Source of the DNA: an uncultured Actinomycetes bacterium
Lineage (GTDB): Bacteria > Actinomycetota > Thermoleophilia > RBG-16-64-13
Length of the DNA stretch: 64,000 nt
NCBI GenBank assembly: GCA_963841735.1
Contig: CAWJDT010000005.1
Span: 64,001-128,000 of the forward strand
Direction: 5' to 3'
Every line of letters begins with the position of its first letter. The stretch's first letter is position 1. The translations under genes were made by a program, and so were the position numbers. The notes beneath the pieces are model-generated. The model was not told where the DNA came from, did not search any database, and saw nothing but the letters and a program-made list of their open reading frames with translations. Shown piece by piece: positions 8,725 through 19,076 of the stretch.

Positions 8725-11456
8725 GGGGTGGGGTTCCTCTCCGTGGTGAGTGCTATCGTGCCCCCGGTCACCTCACAGGATACCCAACCCGCCTCATCGG
8801 TGCAGAGAACGGTGCCCACGTTCTGACCGAGCACCGACATGGTCCCCGGATAGGGATGGCCGAACGAGTTGTCCTTACCCACCGATATCAGAGCGACTTT
8901 GGGTGCCAGTTCTCGCAGCAGCCGCTCTGACACTGCGCCCCGGCTCCCGTGGTGGGGCACCAGCACCACTTCCACTGGGGGCAATCGACGCACCTCAAGC
9001 GTTGCGGCCTCGGCGTCGCCCGGGAGAAGAAAGTCAACAGTTCCCACACTCACCACAGCCACCAGTGATGCGGCGTTCAGTTCGTCACCAGTGGGCGCGC
9101 CGCCGCGCAAAGCCCACGCGTTGTCGCCATCGACCATGACCAAGGGCTTTGCCGGCGCGTAGAAACGTACGGTCACTTCGCCCACAGTGACCGAGTCTCC
9201 AGAATGCGCACACAGATAGTCACAGCCGTCTTCGGCCAACTTGGCACGGAGTTGGAGATAGGTGCTTGCTTCTTCGCTGCCCTGGACGGCTGGGCCGGCG
9301 CTTCCGCCGCCGACCCCCGCGCTGAGCGACTGCTGCCCGCCATCTGCGCTTGAGACCAGCTGTACCTGATCGATGAGCGTCTCGACCTCCACCCCCCCAC
9401 CCAAAGCCTCGAGCAGGCCGGCAAAGTGGTCTGCGTGAGGATGGGAGACGACAACCAAGTCCAGCCGCTTCACGCCCAGGGAGCGCAACTGGCCCTCCAA
9501 ATCGCAACCGGCAGACCCCCCATCAAACAGAAGGGAGTTACCCCCCGGTGTTCGAACCAGCACGGCGTTGCCCTGGCCCACATCGAGCACCCTCACCTCG
9601 ACCTCGCCGGGCCACCCAGTACCATGCACCAGCGTGCTCACCGTCTCGGCGGCGCCGGCGAGGACCGGATACGCCGCACCACCCACCGCTAGGCTGCAGA
9701 TCACCAGCGCCGCGCCCAGGGCGGCGGCAACGCGCCGGTTCCGAGGTTTCCGCCTGCGCAGCCAGTGCGTCGACCGCTTGAACCACGGCAGGGGCAGATC
9801 CATGGGGGCGCGCACCCGGCGGCCCATCACCGCCAGAGCGGCCGGCAGCGCCACGCCTCCACACGCAAGCGCAAACAGCGCGCGACCGAGAGAGGCCGCA
9901 GACAAGACAGGGGCCATCGCCATGAAACGCGAAACCAAGATCGTCCATATCATCGGGAGCGAAGCTAGGGTATCCAGCGCCGCGCCCAGGCCCGACCACA
10001 CAAACCCCAAGGCGACCGCGGCCATGCCAAGACCGGTCACAAGAGGCAGCATTGGCACCACCAGAAGGTTTGCGAGAGGCGACACCAACGACGTCTGCCC
10101 AAAGACCGCCAGGGAGACAGGGGCCGTGCCCAAACCGGCAGCGAGCGACACCGCCAGGCCCGAGCCAACGGCGCCCGGCAGCCGCCGGAAGACCCGCTGT
10201 AGAGGACGGAGCAACACCAACATGCCCACGAAGGCCGCGAACGAGAGTTGGAAGCCCACGTCGAACAAGGCGAAGGGATTGAGCGCAAGCACGACGACCG
10301 CGGCCAGGCCCAGCACCTGCCACTGGTCGCGGCTCCGGCCCACCCAGTAGCCGGTGAGCACCACCACAATCATCACCGCCGCCCTGATCACCGACGGCCT
10401 GGCCCCCACGAACGGGACCATCAGCACCGCCGAGGTCGCGGCCAGCAGAAAGCCGACCCAACGGGGAGCCCTGGCGAACCGGGCCAATCCCATCATGATG
10501 GCGGCCAAGGCGGCCACGTGCAGCCCGCTGACGGCGAGCATATGCGCGGTGCCAGAACGGCGGAAGGCCATGAGCCAACCCTCGTCCATGCCTTGAATAT
10601 CGCCTACCACCACTCCCTGGAGGACCTCGTTGACTCGGGCGTCCGGGCCCAGACTGAGATGGGCGAGGGCCGACGCGCGCAGCCTGTCGAACCACCCGGA
10701 GACGCCGCCCCGACTGCCGAGGACGACTATGCATCCGGGATCATCCACTGCGAGCACCACCTCGATGCCCTGGTACTTGAGATTGCGGGCCTGATTGAAG
10801 CCAGAGGCAGACGGCCCTTCCGGCGCCTGTATAGTGCCCCGAGCGGTGATGATCATGCCCTGGCGCAGGGCTGCCGAGGTGGCCTGCGCGCCGGCGCTTG
10901 CGTCGGCCGCATCGGTGCCGGTCTCGGGTGGCGCCACCTCGAGAAGCACCGTCTCGCCCACCCCGACGCCCTCACCCACGGCCGCCCCCAACGGAGTGGA
11001 TTCCCCTAACGCCCTGAGCCCTCTCACCGCCGCCCTGGCGCTGATCCACCCAGCGTTCGCTCGCACCGGACCACTTATGACCAGCTCCACCTCCACCCTC
11101 TGCTCGATGGCGCGGTCAAGGACTCCGGCTTCCAGCGCCGCCACCCTGAGGCTGCCTATCAACCACCCGCTGAACAGACCCACCAGAAGCAGGGCCCCGA
11201 CCGTCAGCCCAAACGTCGGGCGATCGCTCGCAGCCACTCTCTTGTGGCCCGTCGAAGGACCCCGCTGTCTCAGGCCCACTCCAATGATGGCTCCGGTCAA
11301 TGCCACCACCAGCCCCACCAAGGCGACGGCGAGTCTGGGGCCCACGAGGGCCGGAAGCGCTACGCCCAGCGCACAGGCGAAGGTGGTGAAACGAGCCAGC
11401 CCGGCCCTGCGGACAAACCAGCCCACCGGATCGTTTTTGGCGGCCGCAGGTTCCAC
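8721..11456 (-). CDS. comEC: DNA uptake channel ComEC/Rec2 with C-terminal MBL domain
   Basis: FRRSGTAHMLAVSGLHV, PSVIRAA, GFQLSFAA, LDVGQG, SHPHADH, PHHGS, NSFGHP. Confidence 0.94.
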   Translation of the reverse strand: MEPAAAKNDPVGWFVRRAGLARFTTFACALGVALPALVGPRLAVALVGLVVALTGAIIGVGLRQRGPSTGHKRVAASDRPTFGLTVGALLLVGLFSGWLIGSLRVAALEAGVLDRAIEQRVEVELVISGPVRANAGWISARAAVRGLRALGESTPLGAAVGEGVGVGETVLLEVAPPETGTDAADASAGAQATSAALRQGMIITARGTIQAPEGPSASGFNQARNLKYQGIEVVLAVDDPGCIVVLGSRGGVSGWFDRLRASALAHLSLGPDARVNEVLQGVVVGDIQGMDEGWLMAFRRSGTAHMLAVSGLHVAALAAIMMGLARFARAPRWVGFLLAATSAVLMVPFVGARPSVIRAAVMIVVVLTGYWVGRSRDQWQVLGLAAVVVLALNPFALFDVGFQLSFAAFVGMLVLLRPLQRVFRRLPGAVGSGLAVSLAAGLGTAPVSLAVFGQTSLVSPLANLLVVPMLPLVTGLGMAAVALGFVWSGLGAALDTLASLPMIWTILVSRFMAMAPVLSAASLGRALFALACGGVALPAALAVMGRRVRAPMDLPLPWFKRSTHWLRRRKPRNRRVAAALGAALVICSLAVGGAAYPVLAGAAETVSTLVHGTGWPGEVEVRVLDVGQGNAVLVRTPGGNSLLFDGGSAGCDLEGQLRSLGVKRLDLVVVSHPHADHFAGLLEALGGGVEVETLIDQVQLVSSADGGQQSLSAGVGGGSAGPAVQGSEEASTYLQLRAKLAEDGCDYLCAHSGDSVTVGEVTVRFYAPAKPLVMVDGDNAWALRGGAPTGDELNAASLVAVVSVGTVDFLLPGDAEAATLEVRRLPPVEVVLVPHHGSRGAVSERLLRELAPKVALISVGKDNSFGHPYPGTMSVLGQNVGTVLCTDEAGWVSCEVTGGTIALTTERNPTP

Positions 11457-11473
11457 CGCGAGGCGACCCGCGA

Positions 11474-12175
11474 TCAGAGCATCACCAACGGCCGCAGCTG
11501 CTCTAGTTTGGCCGAGCCGATACCGGAGACCTCCGTCAACTGATCCACCGAGGTAAACGGCCCCTGGGATTCACGGTAGGCAATGATCTGTTGCGCTGTT
11601 GCCGGACCGACTCCCGGGAGCGAATCCAGTTGTTCCGCGGTGGCCGTGTTGAGGGACACGGGACCCGCCGCTCCCCCTCCAGCGGAGCCCCCGGCCGCCT
11701 GGCCACCGGTGATGCCGGCCGAGGACTGAGAGGGCATCCCCTCTCCAGATAGGACGGTCTGGCCCTTCATTGGCACGTAGACCCTGCACCCGTCGCTTAA
11801 GGCCGCCGCCAGCGCGACCGCCTCCTGATCGGCGTCCTCGGTGAAACCCCCTGCCTCCAAGACTGCCTGGAACAGCCTGACGCCATCCTCCACCTGGTAG
11901 ACGCCGGGACGGCGTACTGCGCCCGCGACCTGGACCCAGATCTTGCGGGGCTGCGTAGTCGTGGTGCTCAGGGACGACGGGGTGTTCCACGCGCCCACCG
12001 CCACGGGGTCGTACGCGCCGGCCCCCTCCCCCACACCACCGGCCTGTATCACTAGACCACCGGTGCCAGACGAGCCCTCGCCCCGCATGGACATCAGGCC
12101 CAGAGTGCCCGCGAGCAGAACGACGACCCCCGCGATGATGTAGACAAGCAACCGTTTTGTGGGAATGGCAGACAT
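11474..12175 (-). CDS. comEA: Competence DNA receptor ComEA (TM-SLBB-HhH)
   Basis: N-terminal TM, VQVAGAVRRPGVY, LNTATAEQLDSLPGVGPATAQQII, EVSGIG. Confidence 0.93.
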   Translation of the reverse strand: MSAIPTKRLLVYIIAGVVVLLAGTLGLMSMRGEGSSGTGGLVIQAGGVGEGAGAYDPVAVGAWNTPSSLSTTTTQPRKIWVQVAGAVRRPGVYQVEDGVRLFQAVLEAGGFTEDADQEAVALAAALSDGCRVYVPMKGQTVLSGEGMPSQSSAGITGGQAAGGSAGGGAAGPVSLNTATAEQLDSLPGVGPATAQQIIAYRESQGPFTSVDQLTEVSGIGSAKLEQLRPLVML

Positions 12176-12273
12176 GCCGCCACAGTAGTCCCCGCGTCGC
12201 GGAGACCCCGTGCAACTATGGACCGAGCTTGGCTACCTGCTCATGGCGGTCGCCCCCACACCCGAGGAGCCTG

Positions 12274-12855
12274 TCAGTAGCTCTCTACATATAGTTCGAA
12301 GAAAGCCTGGGGCTTGCCGCACAGCGGGCAGACCTTCGGAGCTTGGTCGCCCTCGTGGACGTAGCCGCACTCCTCGCATTTCCAGAGCATGGGCCCATCT
12401 TTACGGAACACCCTCTTCGCCCCTACATTGGCGAGAAGCTTCCGATAGCGGCGCTCGTGATATTTCTCGGCTGTGGTGATCCTGCGGAACACGGCGGCGA
12501 CTCTGTTGAACCCCTCCCTGTCGGCGATGTCCGCGAAGTCGGGATACAGGGTGCCCCATTCCAGCAACTCCCCATCGGCTGCTGCAAGCAGATTCTCTGC
12601 CGTGGTGCCAACCGGGCCCGCCGGGTACGACGCCGTCAACTCGGGCATGCCACCGTCGAGCAGGCTGAAGAACTGGAAGGCGTGCGCCCGCTCGTTTTCG
12701 GCAGTCTCGAGGAAGAAGTTGGCGATCTGCATGTATCCCTCTTCGGCCGCCACTTCAGCGAAGTACGTATAGCGGTTGCGGGCCTGCGACTCCCCAGCGA
12801 AGGCCTTCATTAGGTTCTGCTCGGTCTTAGAGCCCTTCATGTCCATAAGCGCCAT
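12274..12855 (-). CDS. rbr: Rubrerythrin
   Basis: AFAGESQARNRY, ExxH diiron motifs, C-terminal WKCEECGY...CPLCG. Confidence 0.95.
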   Translation of the reverse strand: MALMDMKGSKTEQNLMKAFAGESQARNRYTYFAEVAAEEGYMQIANFFLETAENERAHAFQFFSLLDGGMPELTASYPAGPVGTTAENLLAAADGELLEWGTLYPDFADIADREGFNRVAAVFRRITTAEKYHERRYRKLLANVGAKRVFRKDGPMLWKCEECGYVHEGDQAPKVCPLCGKPQAFFELYVESY

Positions 12856-12907
12856 CCTCCTGTCCGGTCAAAGACCATGGCTCCATGCTACCCGCGAAGA
12901 CCCCAGA

Positions 12908-13696
12908 TTACTCCCCAACCGCGACACGGCCCGGCCATAGCTCTCTCGCCAAGAAGCCCGCAACTATCTCGCCCACTTCGCGGTGACGACCCTCCAAGAA
13001 GTGTCCAGCCCCCTCCACCACGCTCATGGTGAACTCCAGGCCAAGGTCCTTGAGCACCTTCGCCACCTCTTCGGGATATCCCAGGTCGTCGTTCTCGGCG
13101 CATACGGCCAGCACTGGGCCCCTGTATGCCGCCAACCTGGCGAAAGTGTCGGGCCGTAGTTCGGGCCAGGAGATGACGAACCCTATAAGAACCAGCGCAG
13201 CCACCGGTCCAGCCTCGGCTGCGGCCTTGGCAGCCATGACACTGCCGAAGGAATACCCGGCAAGCGCAACCTGCGGAGTACCTGGGCCCGCCACGGCTTC
13301 GCCCTCCAAAGCCGCCATCTGGCCCCGCAGGAACGCGGCGGCAGACTGCACATCTCGGTATTCCTCAGTGCCACTGTAGGCACCCAGGCTATCGCCCACT
13401 CCCCGGAAGTTGAACCGCAGCGTGGCCAGGCCCTTCTGCCTGCAGGCCTGGGCGGTGCGATAGACCACCGGCTGCGCCATGGTGCCGCCGCTCAGCGAGT
13501 GCGGATGGGCGACCACCACTCCGCCCGCAAGCCGCCCGGCCGGGCCGGCGGCCACGCCGTCGCCGGATCCGGAGCCGGAGCCGACGCCTTCAGGCCACTC
13601 CAGTATCCCTTCGAGGCGGTCGTTTCCCGGGAAGAAGACGCGGCCGTCCGGGGCAGAGCCGGCACCGGCCGGAGCCCCAGACGGAGGCGTGCTCAC
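12908..13696 (-). CDS. Alpha/beta hydrolase (COG2945-like)
   Basis: HPHSLSGGTM, LRFNFRGVG, GYSFG nucleophile elbow, GAGHF. Confidence 0.88.
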   Translation of the reverse strand: MSTPPSGAPAGAGSAPDGRVFFPGNDRLEGILEWPEGVGSGSGSGDGVAAGPAGRLAGGVVVAHPHSLSGGTMAQPVVYRTAQACRQKGLATLRFNFRGVGDSLGAYSGTEEYRDVQSAAAFLRGQMAALEGEAVAGPGTPQVALAGYSFGSVMAAKAAAEAGPVAALVLIGFVISWPELRPDTFARLAAYRGPVLAVCAENDDLGYPEEVAKVLKDLGLEFTMSVVEGAGHFLEGRHREVGEIVAGFLARELWPGRVAVGE

Positions 13697-14184
13697 TCGC
13701 GGAAGTTGACGTACTGCAGAGGCATGCCCAGATCGCCTTGCTTGAGAATCTGAATGGCCTCTTGGAGGTCGTCGCGCTTCTTGCCCGTGATGCGCACCTC
13801 ATCGCCCTGGATGGACGCCTGCACCTTGAGCTTGGCCTCTTTGACCAGCTTGACCACCTTGCGCGCGGTGTCCATGTCGATGCCGTTGGTGATGGTGACG
13901 GTCTGCCGCACCATGTCACCCCCGGCCTTCTCCTGATCACCGAACACCAACGCCTCGCCATCGATGGAGCGGTGCACCACCTTGGCGATCAGCGCGTCCT
14001 TGATGGCGCGCAGCTTCATGTCATCCTCGGTGAGTAGTTGGATCTTGGCTTCTTTGCGATCCAACTCGATCTCGGTCTTAGACCCACGAAAGTCATATCT
14101 CGTGGTGATCTCTTTCTTCACCTGGTTGACCGCGTTGTCCATCTCCTGCATGTCTACCCGGCTGACTACGTCGAAGGATGGCAT
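13693..14184 (-). CDS. yajQ: YajQ-family nucleotide/c-di-GMP-binding protein
   Basis: MPSFDVVS, RYDFRG, KVQASIQGDEVRITGKKRDDLQ, LQYVNFRE. Confidence 0.95.
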   Translation of the reverse strand: MPSFDVVSRVDMQEMDNAVNQVKKEITTRYDFRGSKTEIELDRKEAKIQLLTEDDMKLRAIKDALIAKVVHRSIDGEALVFGDQEKAGGDMVRQTVTITNGIDMDTARKVVKLVKEAKLKVQASIQGDEVRITGKKRDDLQEAIQILKQGDLGMPLQYVNFRE

Positions 14185-14269
14185 CCTTGTTCCTCCTCTG
14201 GCGGTCCTGTGACAAACGGTCGTGGCGTTCAGGATACCGCAGGCACGACACCACGGCTCACTCTCGGGC

Positions 14270-15820
14270 TCAGCGCTCCGCCGACTGCAGGACCTCTCTC
14301 ACCTTGCGGCTGAGCGAATCTGGGGTGAAGGGCTTTGGCAAGTAGTTGATTCCCGCATCGAGGCCTCGGGAACGCAACAGAGACTCACGCGGGTGACCGG
14401 ACATGAAGAGAATCGGGAGAGTTGGGCGCAAAGCCAGAGCCTCCCGCGCCAGACCGTCGCCCTGCAACCCACGGGGCAGCACCACGTCGGTCAGAAGCAG
14501 ATCGATGCACGGGTCTTTCTGCTCAAGGAGCGCGAGTGCCTGAGAGGCATCGGCCGTCGCGAACACAACGTAGCCATCGTTGGTGAGCACGCGGGTGACA
14601 AGAGCCCGCACCGCCGGCTCATCTTCTGCCACCAGAACCACCGCGTGAGCGCTGGTGAGAACACGCGGCACCGCGACAATCGGGAGATTCTGGGCCGAGT
14701 GTTCAAGACGGGGGAAGTAGATCCTGAAAGTCGAGCCTTTGCCCGGCTCACTTTCGACCAAGATACAACCACCGCTCTGGCGTACGATGCCATAAACGGT
14801 GGAGAGCCCCAGGCCCGTGCCTTCTCCCGGTCCCTTGGTGGTGAAGAACGGCTCAAAGACATGCGCCATTGTGTCCACATCCATGCCCGACCCGGTGTCG
14901 GAAACGCTCAACAAGACATAGGGACCCGGCGAACAGTCAGGGTTCGCCGAGTAGAACTTCTCACCCAGTTCTACGTTGGCCGTCTCCAGACGAAGCGTAC
15001 CGCCGCCAGACATGGCGTCGCGCGCGTTGAGGGCGAGATTCATGATCACCTGGTGCAGTTGATTCGGGTCCACCTCAGCCGCGCCGAGCTCCGGATTCAG
15101 GAAATAGCCAAGTTCAACGTCCTCCCCCAAGGTCCGCCGCAGCAGGGGTTCGCTGTCGGCCAGCACGACGTTCAGAGAAATCGTCTCCGGTCGCAGGGGC
15201 CGACGCCGCGAGAAGGCGAGTATCTGGCGGGTGAGGCCCGCGGCGCGCTCGGCGGCGCGCCTGATCTCCACCACGTCGCCGCGCACCGTGTCGAACGGGC
15301 AGTCGTCGTTGGCCAAGAGCAGATCGCTGTAGCCGATGATGGCAGTCAGCAGGTTGTTGAAGTCGTGAGCGATACCACCGGCCAGTTGCCCTACGGCTTC
15401 CATCTTCTGGGACTCCCGCAGTTGGTCGTCCCGCTGGCTGAGCTCCTCCTCCGCCCGCATCTGGCCACCGGTGTCCACCGAGACTCCCACCACTTGCTCA
15501 ACTACACCCGCGCCATCGAACACCGGGGTGAGCCGAGACACGAAGTACGCTCCGCCGAAGTGCGCCCTGAAGACAGCGTGCCGGCCGTCGAGCGCCGAGC
15601 GGATGGCCTCGGCGGCTCCGGGGGTGTCCCGGTAAAGATCGAAGGCCGAGTTCCCAAGTATCTGGCCCTTCTGCAGCCCCATTGCGGAAATACCATCACC
15701 CTCGCTGAACAGGAACATGCCCTCCAGGTCCAATCCGTAGAGAATGACGGGAGCGTTCTCCAGAACCAGGCTCAGACGCGCCAGCTGGTGTTTGAGACCC
15801 TCACCAGGCCGCTTCTCCAT
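14270..15820 (-). CDS. Cytoplasmic hybrid histidine kinase (PAS-HisKA-HATPase-REC, CckA-like)
   Basis: QKMEAVGQLAGGIAHDFNNLL, NARDAM, DTGSGM, FEPFFTTK, GTGLGL, receiver LLTDVVLP and KPF. Start ATG 15820 chosen for its RBS; ORF is open to 15922. Confidence 0.92.
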   Translation of the reverse strand: MEKRPGEGLKHQLARLSLVLENAPVILYGLDLEGMFLFSEGDGISAMGLQKGQILGNSAFDLYRDTPGAAEAIRSALDGRHAVFRAHFGGAYFVSRLTPVFDGAGVVEQVVGVSVDTGGQMRAEEELSQRDDQLRESQKMEAVGQLAGGIAHDFNNLLTAIIGYSDLLLANDDCPFDTVRGDVVEIRRAAERAAGLTRQILAFSRRRPLRPETISLNVVLADSEPLLRRTLGEDVELGYFLNPELGAAEVDPNQLHQVIMNLALNARDAMSGGGTLRLETANVELGEKFYSANPDCSPGPYVLLSVSDTGSGMDVDTMAHVFEPFFTTKGPGEGTGLGLSTVYGIVRQSGGCILVESEPGKGSTFRIYFPRLEHSAQNLPIVAVPRVLTSAHAVVLVAEDEPAVRALVTRVLTNDGYVVFATADASQALALLEQKDPCIDLLLTDVVLPRGLQGDGLAREALALRPTLPILFMSGHPRESLLRSRGLDAGINYLPKPFTPDSLSRKVREVLQSAER

Positions 15821-15993
15821 CCCCACGAGTCCTCCCGCCACGCGATAGGCCGCGGAATCAAACAACGGCTCGCATAGTCGTCTGCCATTCCTTTGCCCGG
15901 TTCTACCCCGAGCCAAACACACCGGCGAGGGTGATCGAGGGCGCCGCCCGGGACTCTAGGTGCACTCTCACAGCTGGCCGGCGAAGACGTGCC

Positions 15994-18084
15994 TTAGCCC
16001 GCCGTGGTCCCCAGTGCCTCAGACACCTTCGCCCACTCTTCGTAGAGGGCCGCTATCTCGTCGGCCAGGGCGGCCGCTTCGCTCGAAGCGGTGCTCAGCA
16101 GTTCGTAGTCGGAGGCGTGAGCGGGGTCGCTCATGAGGGCGGCGAGTTCGCCTTGGCGGGCTTCGGCGGCTTCTATGCGGCGCTCGATCTTGCGGTGGCG
16201 GCTGCTGAGCTCCTTGCGCTCTTTGTAGCCCAGCTCCACCGTGAGGGCGGGGGCTTTTGCGGCGCCCGACTTGGCGCCGCCCGCACGAGCGGCCGACGGC
16301 CGACTCGCCGCCGCTACCGGGGCCGCGGCGGCGGCAGGTTTCGCGTCGCTCGCCGAAACCGGTGCGCTCTTGCTGCCCGCGGCTGGTTCCGTCGCCGGCG
16401 GCTTGGCCGCCGGCGCGGGGGCCGGTGTGGCGGCACCGGCAGCCTGGGCCTTTTTCCATTGGTAGTACTCCCAGTCACCCTGGTAGTGAGTCACCCGCCC
16501 GTCGCGCACCTCTATCACCTTCGTGCCGATGGCGTTGATGAGGTGCCGGTCGTGGCTGATGAAGATCACCGAGCCCTCGAACTGGCGAAGCGCCTCCGTG
16601 AGGACGGCGCGCGAGTCCATGTCCAGGTGGTTTGTCGGCTCATCCAGCAACAGTAGCCCCGCGGGGTCCATCAGCATGCGGGCCAAAGCGAGACGAGCTT
16701 TTTCGCCCCCCGAAAGAACGCCCACCTTCTTGGTGACGTCATCCTCACCAAAGAGAAACGTGCCCAGGAATCTCCGCACCTCAGGCATGCGATTCGCGGG
16801 GCCGGCCACCTCCTCCATGGTCTTGAGCACAGTCCGCCCGGGATGGAGCACCTCCAGCTGGTGCTGGGCGAAGTACTCACGGCGCACGTTGTGTCCCAGG
16901 TTGACTGCTCCGCCGTCGGGCTCGATGGCCCCGGCGAGCAGCTTGAGCAGCGTGGACTTGCCCGCTCCGTTAGGGCCGACGAGTGCGATCTTCTCACCCC
17001 GCTCGATCACGAGGTCGAGCTTCTTGTAGACCACGATATCGCCGTAAGCCTTGCGGACGTGCTTGACCTCGGCCACCACCCTGCCTGCGCGCGGGGGCTG
17101 CGGAAAGCGGAACTTGATGGTCTTGCGATCTAAGCTGGGAGCGTCGATACGCTCGGTATTCTCGAGCTTGCGGATGCGCTGCTGCACCTGCTTGGCCTTG
17201 GTGTTCTTGGCACGGAAGCGGCGGATAAAGGCCTCGGCCGACTCGATCTCGCGCTGCTGGTTCTTGGCCGCGTTGACCAAACCCTCGTATCGCATCTTCT
17301 TCTCTTGCTCAAAATGGTCGTAGTCGCCCGTGTACAGGTCGATCATGCCCCGGTCGAGATCGGCGATGTGCGTGACCATGCGGTTGAGAAAGTAACGGTC
17401 GTGAGAGATGACCATCAGCGCCCCGGTCCAGTTGAGCAGGAACTCTTCCAGCCATAGCAGGCTCTCCAGGTCGAGATGGTTGGTGGGCTCGTCCATGAGC
17501 AGCAGATCGGGCTGTTCCAGCAGGAGACGGGCCAGCGCGACCCTCATGCGCCAGCCTCCAGATAGCTCGGCGATCTGCCGGCCAAAGTCGTTGTCTTTGA
17601 AGCCCATGCCGCGCAGGATGGTCTGGGCTCGAGCTTCAAGCTCGTAGCCATGGGCGTCTTCAAAGGCGGTCTGCAGGGCTCCCATTTCGTTCAGGAGCGC
17701 TTCGGGGTCGGCGGTACTCCCCTCGGCCAGGGTGCCGTCGGCCGCGGAACCGGCGTAGGCCTCACTGATCTGATGACCCAACTCGACGATGCGCCGCTCG
17801 GCCGTGAGAATCTCCATGTGCGAGGCCAGAACCTCCTCCATGACCGCGTGATCGGAGATCTCCTCGATCTCCTGTGGCAAGAAGCCGATGCGCATGTCCT
17901 TGCGGCCGCTGACCTCTCCCCCGTCAAGCGACATCTCCCCCACTATCAAACGGAGCAGGGTGGTCTTGCCGGCCCCATTGGGACCTATAAGACCCACGCG
18001 CATGCCCGGCTTGATATGCAGGCTGGCTTCGTCGAGCAGTATCTGGCTGCCGAAGGACTTGGAGATGTCGGTTAGGTGTAGCAT
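15994..18084 (-). CDS. ABC-F family ribosome-associated ATPase
   Basis: Two ABC domains (GPNGAGKT/S, LSGG, DEPTNHLD), no TM, Ala/Pro linker and C-terminal coiled coil. Confidence 0.93.
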   Translation of the reverse strand: MLHLTDISKSFGSQILLDEASLHIKPGMRVGLIGPNGAGKTTLLRLIVGEMSLDGGEVSGRKDMRIGFLPQEIEEISDHAVMEEVLASHMEILTAERRIVELGHQISEAYAGSAADGTLAEGSTADPEALLNEMGALQTAFEDAHGYELEARAQTILRGMGFKDNDFGRQIAELSGGWRMRVALARLLLEQPDLLLMDEPTNHLDLESLLWLEEFLLNWTGALMVISHDRYFLNRMVTHIADLDRGMIDLYTGDYDHFEQEKKMRYEGLVNAAKNQQREIESAEAFIRRFRAKNTKAKQVQQRIRKLENTERIDAPSLDRKTIKFRFPQPPRAGRVVAEVKHVRKAYGDIVVYKKLDLVIERGEKIALVGPNGAGKSTLLKLLAGAIEPDGGAVNLGHNVRREYFAQHQLEVLHPGRTVLKTMEEVAGPANRMPEVRRFLGTFLFGEDDVTKKVGVLSGGEKARLALARMLMDPAGLLLLDEPTNHLDMDSRAVLTEALRQFEGSVIFISHDRHLINAIGTKVIEVRDGRVTHYQGDWEYYQWKKAQAAGAATPAPAPAAKPPATEPAAGSKSAPVSASDAKPAAAAAPVAAASRPSAARAGGAKSGAAKAPALTVELGYKERKELSSRHRKIERRIEAAEARQGELAALMSDPAHASDYELLSTASSEAAALADEIAALYEEWAKVSEALGTTAG

Positions 18085-18199
18085 CAGCGTGGAAGGATAA
18101 CACCGACGGAGAACCGAACCGTCGGAACGGCCCGGCCGGCCCGCCGCCGGAAGCCGCGCGGCGCCCCGCCGGTCCCGCTACGCGGACCGGCCTGAGCGC

Positions 18200-19066
18200 T
18201 CAGTCATCCCAGAAAACACCCGGGTCGACGGCGGGAACGACCCCGACATCCGCAGCCGTCTGCAGCAGGTGCCTGATGGCCTCCTCGCCCTCCGGTCCGT
18301 AGTCGAGGGTGAATTCGTTCACATAAAGCTCGATGTGTGCCCGGCAGACGTCCGCATCCATCTCTTGCGAGTGCTCCCGAACGTACCGCATGACCTCTTC
18401 CTCGTGCATGCGGGCATGCTCCAGGCTCAAACGCACCGTGCGCTCCACCTGTTCTTGCAGCGGCCGGGCCAGCTCGCGCGACACGGCGATGCCACCCAGG
18501 GGGATGGGGAACCCGCTGGTGTCCTCCCACCATTCGCCCAGGTCGACCAGCCGCCGCAGCCCGTAGCTGCCGAAGGTGAAGCGCCCTTCGTGGATGACCA
18601 CCCCAGCATCGACCTCACCCGCTGCTACAGCGGGCATGATCTCGTGGAAAGGCATCACCAGCGGCCGTTTCAATCCCCCGGTGAACAGGCCGGCCAGCAG
18701 CGCCGCCGTTGTAAGGGTCCCGGGGATGGCCACCCGAGCCCGAGCCAATTCGTCGACGAGTTCGGCCACCCGCCGAACCGAGGGCGCGGCACGGAGGCGT
18801 GAGTCTTTGCGCGCCACCACCAGAGGACCACACCCCCGCCCCAACGCGCCCCCGGAGTGAAGCAGGGCATATCTGTCGCGCACTTGAGCGAAGGCACGAA
18901 ACGAGATCTTGATCACATCGGCCAAGCCGTCCGCGGCCAATCGATTGAGCGTGTCGATGTCCTCCAGCCGTTCCTCCACGGTGGGCGCCCCAGGTACAAG
19001 CCCCTGCACCCAGGCGTGGAAGATGAACGTGTCGTTGGGACAGGGTGAATAGGCGAGCCGCAGCAC
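18200..19066 (-). CDS. mqnD: 1,4-dihydroxy-6-naphthoate synthase
   Basis: SPCPNDTFIF, GALGRGCGP, IHEGRFT, DLGEWWE, PIPLGGI, HIELYVN. Confidence 0.94.
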   Translation of the reverse strand: MLRLAYSPCPNDTFIFHAWVQGLVPGAPTVEERLEDIDTLNRLAADGLADVIKISFRAFAQVRDRYALLHSGGALGRGCGPLVVARKDSRLRAAPSVRRVAELVDELARARVAIPGTLTTAALLAGLFTGGLKRPLVMPFHEIMPAVAAGEVDAGVVIHEGRFTFGSYGLRRLVDLGEWWEDTSGFPIPLGGIAVSRELARPLQEQVERTVRLSLEHARMHEEEVMRYVREHSQEMDADVCRAHIELYVNEFTLDYGPEGEEAIRHLLQTAADVGVVPAVDPGVFWDD

Positions 19067-19076
19067 TATGCCGCCT

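Noticed and set aside
7421-12175. comEA-comEC-holA-rpsT block as a novel competence island
   Set aside because: Well-known conserved synteny in Actinobacteria and Firmicutes.
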